NCBI GenBank assembly: GCA_000091205.1
Contig: AP006495.2
Source of the DNA: Cyanidioschyzon merolae
Taxonomy: Eukaryota
DNA: 64,000 nt
Strand: one strand, 5' to 3'
The notes below the pieces were generated by a model that did no database searches, was not told the origin of the DNA, and saw only the letters and a program-made list of their open reading frames with translations. The stretch's first letter is position 1, and every line of letters starts with the position of its first letter. The position numbers and the translations under genes are program-made. Positions 55,147 through 64,000 of the stretch are shown one piece after another.

Positions 55147-55929
55147 CGTGTCTGAAAGGTGCCTATAAAAAACGTTCTCGCGCGCGAGCAAGGCGACGAA
55201 CGCTCAGCGCAAGGTCGTCGTCGACAAGTGCGTGCAGGCGTACGCGCGCCGGCTCGCGCTTCGATCGCTGGCGGGTTCCAGAGGGCGCGTATACCGCTGG
55301 TGCCTGCCCGGCGCCTTGGCTGGCTGGATCGCCCCAGGTCGACTGCCTCCCAGCCGCTCTTGCTATCTTGTCATTGGTGCAGGGTCGATGACGCGTACGA
55401 GACCCGCCGGATTACGCTGGCGTAGCCGATGATGCGTACACGAACTGCGCCAAGAGCCGTTTGATGCTCGTGCGTACCACGACGCCTCGAGGGGTGTCGC
55501 TTTGAAAAAGGCACGCTCAATAGGTCAAGCGGGTGTCTGGATGCCGAACTAAACACGTCAAGCTCCGCGGTGGATCCGGTGGCACGCTCAGTGCAAGGCG
55601 CGGTTGCCACACGCAGGCCAGGATACCAAGCAACTGTGAACAGTTCGCGCGCTTCCCAGCTTGAGATATTTTTTGGAACACTTTCTTCGATGTGCAGTCT
55701 CGATATCCAAAGTGGAACAGTAGGGGCTAACGAATGCCTCAATTGTTTTAGGAGCCTCGACCGTCCTTTCGAAGTTGCCTTGCTGCTAGAGCTTGTTGCG
55801 TCACCGAAATGAAAATGATTCGCAATGCCTCCGAACAAGGATTCGTAAACGAACCGATAGCTTTCTTTCATTCATCCGGACACGCCTCCACTATTCTCCT
55901 TTTCTGACGTGTGAGATGGTAAAATCATG

Positions 55930-57389
55930 CATTGTTCAAATGTTCGATCTTTATTTTTCAACTCAACTCGATCCTATCCACACTGACTGCAGTCGCATGC
56001 TTTCTCGCACTGTATAGCAGCAGATCAAGATCAAGATGCCATGTACCATACAGACGGTAGAAGAATTGCCTATAGGATCCATTCTTTACTGGACAGTGCA
56101 AGGGGATTGCATTTCTATCTCAGGTCAGTCATGTAACAGTACTCAAATTGTTGAAAGACTCGGCAAGAAAGAATAAGATGCGGTCAACGCCAAAACCGAT
56201 ACGCTTACGGACCGCTCGCGGTCCATGGTAGGAAAACGACCCGTTGATTACCTTACGGAAAGCAAAAATCAACGATAGTGTACACCACCACTGGCGTCTC
56301 TGCTTCCCAATAGCTTGTTCGTGTGGTCCTGAGAACACCTGGAAACACTTGTAAAACAGTCCCAGGTCATGCACGGCCATTCGCCACAGAATTCGCAACT
56401 GCAGAAGAGTTCCCGGAGCTTTGCGATCGGTATGAAGCAAATGGACAACGCTTTATTCTTTCAGTCGGTTCGATCTGCTTCGGACGAACCAGTCGGAGCT
56501 TGTATGGGTATTCGCATCGAGGCAGATCGTTGTATGTACGATCGAACTGGAAGCGAACGATGGCGCCATCTGTTCTAGTTTTAATGGGTTCATTGAGCGA
56601 CCTCTGTCTTGCTCGTGGAGCAGAAACATCCAACAGCACCAACCGCCTTGTCGAATAATAGAAGACTCTTCGCTGACGTACGGCGACTTTATTGGTCAAC
56701 GTGGCATTTGACAATCCGCCTTGCGTTCGAGCTTTTGGGAATTCTATCGGAATAGAGCTGATTTTCATTCCTCCGTACGCTCTTTAATTCAACCGCAACG
56801 AAAGAGTGCTTTCTACTGTGAAACGTAATCATCGGTCCACCGGGCGAGTCGCCGAAGCATCCAGCACACTGTGACACACCCGGGCACATTTCGTGGTCCT
56901 TCCGCAGGTCCTTCACCTTTGGGGAAGGTCCTCACCTAAACGCATAAAATAGTGCATTCATTTTCAGGAAATAAAAAATCGATGGTATGAGTTTGGATGC
57001 ACACTTCAGAACAAAGAGATGGAGAAGAGCCAGCGGAGCGCTTCGGTGATAGAAAAGCACCGAGAGCTGACACAGAACCAAATGACACAGAGTGAACGAG
57101 TTCTAGGAATCCTTGCATTGGTGGGTTCACGCAGCGACGATAAACGCATGGAGTTCGTGATACGAGACCTCAACGCTGCCATCAATATCCGACGATATGC
57201 AGAGCTGAAGACGAAACCCGCAGAGCTGTAACGATCCAACTTTATGAGGCGACCTATTAGGATCGAAGTTTGCAACGAGAAACTGAAACCGACAACAAGC
57301 AGCTGATCGAAAACGACTGGGTGGCGTCTGCACGTGGATACGCATCTACCCTACATAATCGTGCGACAATTTTTGTTCCACTGACCACA
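55930..57389 (+). mobile_element. Family I composite element, copy F: a Tc1/mariner-like N-terminal fragment plus an internally deleted Fanzor 3' module. Followed by TA.
   Basis: Nucleotide sequence collinear with copy C. ORF 56323..56658 reads ...LRTPGNTCKTVPGHARPFATEFATAEEFPELCDRYEANGQRF... ORF 57019..57231 reads MEKSQRSASV...KRMEFVIRDLNAAINIRRY (57160..57189). Terminal block GTCTGCACGTGGATACGCATCTACCCTACATAATCGTGCGACAATTTTTGTTCCACTGACCACA, then TA at 57390..57391. Confidence 0.6.
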
Positions 57390-57459
57390 TACCATGTCTG
57401 AATAACTTTTTGGCGTCCTCCTGTGACGACTCGTCGGCAAGCTCACGCAGAAATTTCAC

Positions 57460-58300
57460 TGAACTTGTCAAGTCAAATACTCGATTCCATTTGAAAGACA
57501 ATGCCTTCTCACTTGGTTGCTATCGATGGAACCACGGTCGACTTCAGTTCGACAAATCCCGGGAGATACGCACGCAGTGGCTGTCTTCTCTTGTATTTGC
57601 GTGGAAAAGGTCTGGGGCGCGGACTCTAGTCACAGCGGTGATCTCTTCGGGTGCAGCGTGCGTCACGACTTCGCATGGGCGGAGCGTAGACGAATCGAAT
57701 TTTCTCGACTTGATCTCCAGCATGGATTACCATACCGGCGCTCGTTTCATCATGGACAAGCTTGCGTTCCACAAATCCTCTTTCGAATGGGACAGCGTGT
57801 GCTTGGTCGTCCTACGGATATTGAGTTCGCCACGGGCATCGCCCTAAACAAGTCCATGATCGTTGGGTCCGGCAACTGGCTGGCGCGGAAACCTTCCAGG
57901 ACGTCGCGGGGAGCCTTCTGGATCCGTCACGGGCCTGTGCCGGGCGATGCAGCGAGCGGTCACGCACCGCAGGGCGCCAATCTGAGGACGACAAATGGAG
58001 AATACACTCGAATGCCTGACTACCGACGAGTGGCACTGCTACGAAAGGCGCATCCGGGCTCTATACAAACAAGCGAAAAACGGCTGGCGAGGCGTCGATC
58101 GCAGCATTCGCCTGTGCATGGAAAACATGAAAAACATTCGAAAACAGCGTGATCAGGAGTTTAGCGCTGCCACGAACATCTTGCGACTGCTGAAAAAAGA
58201 GCTGGAAGCACAGGAGAGACTGGGGCATTTAAAACCTGAAAAAAGATACCCTCAAAGGGAACAGTTGGAAAAAGTCTGCAAAGGCTGGCATTGATAAAAC
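57460..58300 (+). mobile_element. Family II TnpB/Fanzor-like relic, copy I, about 70 bp downstream of family I copy F.
   Basis: 5' module homologous to copies J, K, G and H. ORF 57995..58294 reads ...LTTDEWHCYERRIRALYKQAKNGWRGVDRSIRLCMENMKNIRKQRDQEFSAATNILRLL (RuvC-III relic about 58145..58192), collinear with copy H. Confidence 0.5.
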
Positions 58301-58743
58301 CGGGAACAGACTCAAACTTTCGTTCACGCGCCCGAGCTGGCGTGCCCGTTCCGCTGAGTTTTCACCTGGGTGCTTAGCTCATGCACGAACGCGCTAGGAC
58401 TCGTTCAGAAAACGGACCCCTCTACAGACGCACCTCATGGAAAACCCCATGCTCACCGGGGCGCCGTCTTACGTCTCAACCCAATGCTGCCTTTTGCTGC
58501 GTTTCGCTCTCCAATCAACCTACGCCTCAGGCGATACGCCCATGAGCGCAGGTAACAAACCTACAATCGAAGCGTCTAGGCAGCCGGCAGCGTTGCGGTC
58601 GAGAGGGTGTCCCCGTGTCGCTCGGCCAATATCGTCCATAAATATACAACATAGAACAACCCATGAGGCTCCAGCTCCGATGACCTGCCTGCGAGCGATC
58701 CATTCGGCGTGCTTCCTGCGCGAACGATACCCGTCGAACAGCA

Positions 58744-59343
58744 GTGAGGGTGTTTCAGGTAACCGCGTCCAAGGGCACTATGGTAAGCTGTGTTTTCTTC
58801 GTGTCTACATTTCATCCATATTCTTTGAATTGGCAACCACGAAACGCACCGCTTCTGCGCAGAGAAACGCTAACCCGGCGACCGACACCTGTTGTGGTGC
58901 AACGACGCGCGAACGGAGCTGCGCTGCCGATTCGGACCGAATGGAGCGGCTGGACGCGTCCTGAAAGCGGCGTGCGGCGTATGCCTACGAACATGCCCCG
59001 TGGACGCTCCAGGAAACCGTCATTTAGCCCAACTGGAGGCGGCGCTACGACACTGGAACGGGAGGCTGTGCGGGAAAAGACAACGGCAACCAAGGGTGTG
59101 GACCCCGGCAAGAAGTACAAGCTACTGCTGTTTAATGACGAGAAGAACACGAGGGAACGTGTCGTTGAGGTGCTCCTCAAGTGCATTCCGGGTCTTTCCA
59201 AGCTGGATGCACAGTCCATTATGCAAAAAGCACACACGACGGGCATGGCACTCGTCGGTGTCTGGGTCTTCGAACTCGCGGAGGCGTACTGCGACCTGCT
59301 GCGCTCTGAAGGCCTTGTCTCAGATATAGAGCCAGCTGAGTAG
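58744..59343 (+). CDS. ATP-dependent Clp protease adaptor protein ClpS, with an N-terminal extension of about 110 aa that could be a transit peptide.
   Basis: ClpS core KKYKLLLFNDEKNTRERVVEVLLKCIPGLSKLDAQSIMQKAHTTGMALVGVWVFELAEAYCDLLRSEGL, compared with bacterial YKVILLNDDYTPMEFV..L.......EQATQIMLTVH.QGKAV.GV...EVAE. Confidence 0.8.
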   Translation: MRVFQVTASKGTMVSCVFFVSTFHPYSLNWQPRNAPLLRRETLTRRPTPVVVQRRANGAALPIRTEWSGWTRPESGVRRMPTNMPRGRSRKPSFSPTGGGATTLEREAVREKTTATKGVDPGKKYKLLLFNDEKNTRERVVEVLLKCIPGLSKLDAQSIMQKAHTTGMALVGVWVFELAEAYCDLLRSEGLVSDIEPAE

Positions 59344-59534
59344 CAAGCGATTTGTACAGTATTTGCGCTACGTTGTCCTTTATCCGGCATCGATCCGAGA
59401 ACGGGTAACGCAGGGCAGAGCGCTCACCGAGAGGTATTCGCGTGCGTGCGCACGTGTATTCCTGGTGTGTCGTCTCCGAGCCGCCACCATGAACCGCGCA
59501 CGCTTCAGCTTCCTTCGGATGCTCATTGCCGCAG

Positions 59535-60329
59535 CTATCGGGCACTTTGCTGAGATACCAAGGTGCTTAGACCACCGTCTACCGCCAAGACCTGCCCCGT
59601 GATGAACGGATTCTCTATGAGCAGGACAATGGCGCTCGCCACCTCTTCGGGACGTCCGATTCTACCTAGCGGATGAAGCACTTCGCTTGCTTTTCTCGAT
59701 GCTGGTCGCTCCGTGATAAACGATGCAAGTGGCGTCTCCGTCATACCCGGTGCTACACAGTTGACGCGGAGTCCACGCGGTGCGAACGACGCGGCTGCAC
59801 TACGGGCCATGCCTATCACCCCGGCCTTTGCTGCTGCGATCGCTTCATGGTTCGGTAGCCCGTGCATGCTCACAGCACTTGTACAGAGAGTAACACTCTT
59901 GTTCACCGGACCGTCTCCCGTGGACTGGCGGAGGCGCGGGAGTTGTTTACAGGCCGCTCGCAGGACGTAAAAGGCGGAAGCAGTATTCAGCTGTAGCGTT
60001 TCCTGCAACAGCTCGTCGGAGACTGAGGTTATGGGCTTCAAAACGATAGAACCTACGCAGTGCGTCACGTGGTCCAGCGTCCCGTGCTGATCCAGCGCCT
60101 TTTTAAACGCTTCCTCAACCGCTGCAGACTGCAAAATATCCGCAGCGTGAACAGTCGGCGCGCCTGTGTCGCTAGGGCGCGACCCACCGAGCTCGCCAGC
60201 GAGTTGGTCCAGTTTCTCCTTGTTTCTTGCGACTAGAACTAGCTGGTGGCCTCGCTTATGAAGTAAGCGAGCCGTAGCAGCCCCAATTCCACCTGTCGCT
60301 CCGAAAATAATCGAGACTGGACCGGCCAT
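59535..60329 (-). CDS. Short-chain dehydrogenase/reductase (classical SDR). The ORF is open upstream to 60737, which may be a presequence or non-coding.
   Basis: MAGPVSIIFGATGGIGAATARLL (TGxxxGxG). Later catalytic region ...SAVSMHGLPNHEAIAAAKAGVIGMARSAA (YxxxK-like context A..AK). PG motif NCVAPGMTETPL. Confidence 0.75.
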   Translation of the reverse strand: MAGPVSIIFGATGGIGAATARLLHKRGHQLVLVARNKEKLDQLAGELGGSRPSDTGAPTVHAADILQSAAVEEAFKKALDQHGTLDHVTHCVGSIVLKPITSVSDELLQETLQLNTASAFYVLRAACKQLPRLRQSTGDGPVNKSVTLCTSAVSMHGLPNHEAIAAAKAGVIGMARSAAASFAPRGLRVNCVAPGMTETPLASFITERPASRKASEVLHPLGRIGRPEEVASAIVLLIENPFITGQVLAVDGGLSTLVSQQSAR

Positions 60330-61084
60330 GGCAATGTGAAACAGGGAATAGTCTCTGAAAATGAACGTGATTGCTCTTGAGCTTGATCTCGGCACTGGCC
60401 GATGCGGCCGCGATGCAGCAGGTGCTTGCATTTGCTCGGTTTTCGAGAACTTCGGGTCTCGCCAGCTGCATTGATCAAGAACAGCGACACCAAAGCATGG
60501 CAAGCCAGGTACATATGCTGACCACGAAAGCGTTCGGACAGCCGGCAGCGAGGATCCCGAGTTCAAGAATTGTCGCTCTGGACCAAGGCGCTTGAGAGAG
60601 GTCCGCGCCTCGAGGCTGAACGTGTGCTGGACCTGCGTTGCGTCAAAATGGAACACTAAAATGCTCGCTCTCTTCCTGTCTTTCGAGTTTTCCCAAAATT
60701 TCTCACGTATTCTGCATCGATATTCGGAATGGAGCAACTGCGGCTCATGGAATCAAATAAAGCATTAGGATTCTCGGTAGTGGGTTCAGGATGGATTCTT
60801 CGACTTTTTGCCGCTTGAGTTCGTGATGTCATCGGGATCGAGATACTTCGCGAAGCGAACGAACGTGGTGTCGTAAAATAATCGATATCGTCATCCGATT
60901 CAGGAGTATACGTCTACGCACGTGTCCGCTCCGTACGAGTTGCGTACCCGAATCAAACAGTCTTGAAGTTTTCGCTTTTCTAGATGCAAAGCGAGTCGTG
61001 TGCACAGCGATTCGCGTCGCTGGATTGACGAGGAGGAAAGATGAGCGTCGTCCCCTGATGACTTGTTAACAAGAACATGTCGAA

Positions 61085-61860
61085 AGTTCGCAGAACTCGT
61101 CACGTCAAATAATTGATTCCAGTCGGAAGGCAAAGCTTCTTCACTCTGTGCGGTAATCGACGGAACGGCACGCTACAGCAGCGCGACACGTCTCCGGGGA
61201 TAAGCTCCCAGACGCTCTCATCAGCTCTGTTTGCATGGGATAGGTCTAGGACGCTGACTTGAGTCATAGAAGCAATCGCTTCTTTCGAAGTGTTCGTCAA
61301 CGCTTTGCACGAAGGAAGCCTTGACGAAATGATACTTCTCGAGTACAGCGCCAACATGGATAATCCGTTCAGTCGGTTAGCTCGTCATGAATAACATCGC
61401 GTTCGACAAATTCTCTATTGACTGGAACAGTGCGCCTGCAGCCGACGTAGTACTCGCCGAGGGAAACGCTCAGACAAAGTCCGTGATCGTCGGCTGCGGC
61501 ACCGGATGCGGAATGCGAAAAGGACATCGCAGGGAGACTTGCATATCCACCAGGGGTAAGTATGGAGCGATGAAGGAAGCGGTGACGCGCCATCAGGCGG
61601 CATTCGGAGAATGAGGTGTGATGCACATATGAGAATCCACGACCAAAGCCAAGTGCCATCGTTGCGAGAAGCGAACCAGGGAAATATACAAAGAAGATGA
61701 AAATGGCAAGCGAAGCGGAAATCGCAACCGTGGGCTTTACATGTCACGCGTTGACAATAGCAGGAATCAGCGTAATCGGGAGTTTAAAGCCGCCATCAAC
61801 ATCCTTCGATAACTGTCAACGGATTCAGAGGCACAGGAGGGACGGATCCAGTGAACTCGA
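61085..61860 (+). mobile_element. Family II TnpB/Fanzor-like relic, copy H.
   Basis: 5' module 61085..61330 homologous to the other family II copies. Downstream translation gives KCHRCEKRTREIYKEDENGKRSGNRNRGLYMSRVDNSRNQRNREFKAAINILR* (motif 61774..61809, stop 61810). Confidence 0.45.
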
Positions 61861-64000
61861 TAACTACTACAGAGGAACAGGAAGCAGTGGCAAACGCAAC
61901 CCGCGTAGTCTAATGTTGATAATATTGGGTAGAGAGTCAAAGTGTCATGTATATACGCTATGGGTAGCGGAACAATTCGATACGAATCTTCCGTGGTTGC
62001 AGTGAGCTGGGAGCGTGCCCAGTCGATAGCCTTCGCTGACCGGTTGCCTGAAATCCGAGTCCCTCCGCGGTCCGGCGCTCGCCTTATCCAACGAACATGC
62101 ACCGCGATACGCGTTTTCGCTCTTCCAAGTGACGTCATACCTCCGAACAAGGGTTATCGACCCTGTGATGCAGTCGCCAGAGAACAGTTCTTTGCGGGAA
62201 CGTGCGAATATCCCCAGCGTCGCAAAGGCGAGTCGACCTGACCGGTCCCGCTTCTGCGGCATGATGCGGACTAGTTCCGCATTTTCCAAGCGCCGCGCAT
62301 GGTTCAGAAACCTTGAATGACAGTGTTTCAAGGACAGGTCTGAGGTATGGTACACACTTTTTACATGTATCCTGAACGTCGTGCATGGTTCAGATACGTT
62401 AAATCACAGTGCACAAAGGCCAGGTCTGGGGTAGAGTTGCGTGTTCAGGGGACCGCTGCCGGCGTCTTAGGGAACCAGCCAGAAGCAAGTGGCAACTCCT
62501 GCTACTGCCGTTAACGAGAACATTCCTGTAGTATCCACGAGGTGCATCGTTTCCCAGTTGAGCGATAGTGGCAACTCTCGTTCTCCCCGAGTTGGCGGCT
62601 GGCCTCCATGTGGCCCGCATCGAGCGCACTGCTCGGACACGGAACCAAAACTGTCTGAAGATCGTGTTGCTGATGCTCGGCGAGCCGCAGACGGCACCGC
62701 ATCAGCACCGGCGCCGTGTTCGGTGGTACCGATTCTGGCTCCGAAAACGTCTGGTGTAGTTTCTCTTCTCAATGCAGCACGGCGAGCTAGACTCCTAAGC
62801 GTTCTGGGTCGATAATCCTCAACGATACGTTATGGGTTGCGGATTTGGGTCTGGGTCGCGCCACCTGTTTTGGTGACGCCGGATGGGCCAACCGTTGCTT
62901 CTGAACGAGGCAGTTATGCTCGTTAACTGCAGAGGACGAAGCACGGTCGTGATCGCTCAACTGGAGGCACTTTGGCTATCTGCACGCAAGAGACAGTATA
63001 GACCACGTCTTTTGGGGCATCTCTACACCCCTCGGGGCTCGAACGAAGGGAACTTGATCGATCTGGAGGTATGCATCCGCATTTGGCTGCAGAGAAGATT
63101 CACTGATAGCAGCGCTGGATGCCGCACCTGGTATTTGGCGCCCGCGAGCCCGCTTCAACGAAGGTGATGAAGTCGTATCGTACGGATCCATGGATATCTG
63201 GGGCAACGAGGAGAACGGGAGCCATTCAAGAGGACGGATAGCCCGGGTGGAATCGTTGATGGCAGAGGCGTCGCAGGCATCTTCCGCTGGTGGCAATGGT
63301 GATCCGGCATGGGAAGTCTGAAAACGCTGTATTGGAGGACGCTGCAGCATTGCAAGGCCTGCTGGCCTCGTTTCAAGGACAACGATAAATACGACATACA
63401 CGTGAAGCAGCAGTCTAGTTAGCGTGCTCGATCTATGAACCATCCGCGAGCGAGAGCACGTTGGTAAGACGTGCGCAGCCCATGTCTTGAGACACAGACG
63501 CCTGCTCCAATGCAGCCTCGCTAAAAAAAAGGTGCGACGACACTACGCCAGGAAACAACTGTCGTGAAACGACACTCAGGGGCCGCGAGCCCACAAGGGT
63601 CCTACTCCTGGCTACGAAGCTGCAGATAGTCACCTGCGAGCCGGTTCTGAGCCCCCCTTGAGGAGAATGAAAACCGGCTGACGTTGGCGGTCTATGTCAA
63701 AGCGGGTGCCCTGTGGCACCGACGCGGACGACGACACTCAGAGCTTTCGCTTCTGAGCCATCTGTTTCACACCTATCGCGTCTGTAGGTGTGGAACCAGA
63801 GGCACCGAAACGTCTTCCGCAAGCGCGCCTAACGGCCTTGTACTCCAAGAACTACGGCACGGAGTGCGCTCGTGAGTAGGTTCGCTTCTGACTCGTTTTC
63901 ATCCAGCAAGCTCGGCGGAGCAGAACTCGCCCAAACCGCAACGAGTAACGGTTTGCGTGTACATAGCTCCCCAAAGGTCCAGCAAGTAAACCGAACGCCT

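Noticed and set aside
9170-61860. Possibility that the repeated blocks of about 60 nt are CRISPR repeats or a prokaryotic IS605 array, i.e. bacterial contamination
   Set aside because: Copies are spaced 4 to 12 kb apart, and they are embedded between clearly eukaryotic genes (eRF1, Sm-E, HSBP1, SERCA) in one contiguous sequence. There is no repeat-spacer periodicity. They are interpreted as eukaryotic TnpB-like (Fanzor) transposon ends.

Overview
This window looks like eukaryotic nuclear DNA from a GC-rich, intron-poor genome. About 20 housekeeping genes can be read as single uninterrupted ORFs on both strands. They include asparaginyl-tRNA synthetase, eRF1, a SERCA-type Ca2+-ATPase, Sm protein E, HSBP1, the mitochondrial processing peptidase beta subunit, a PTGES2-like protein, MTHFS, a Pho84-type phosphate transporter, NAD(P)-glutamate dehydrogenase, a bacterial-type UvrD helicase, a stand-alone ClpS, a NUDT1-like Nudix hydrolase, an MECR-like enoyl reductase and an SDR. 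Nearly every intergenic interval also carries a decayed copy of one of two related repeat families. Their conceptual translations show the TnpB/Cas12-type RuvC-III signature (xRDxNAAINI), an upstream zinc-finger-like Cys pair, and in the best copy a RuvC-I GxDPG motif. I interpret these as eukaryotic TnpB homologues, that is Fanzor-type elements, which may encode RNA-guided nucleases. Family I has six copies. One is a near-full-length, frameshifted ORF of about 640 aa on the minus strand; the others are 3' fragments. Two copies are fused to an IS630/Tc1/mariner-like HTH-DDE N-terminal fragment. Three copies end in a conserved non-coding terminal block followed by TA. Family II has five copies of about 0.7 to 1.0 kb, all on the plus strand. 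Element-derived sequence reaches into the 5' ends of annotated host ORFs, for example the N-terminal extension of the UvrD ORF. Other features are two roughly 110 bp tandem duplications, an (AGC)8 microsatellite that codes a poly-Ser insertion in the Ca-ATPase, and low-GC islands that coincide with the elements. All homology calls rest on motifs read by eye. No database search was run.
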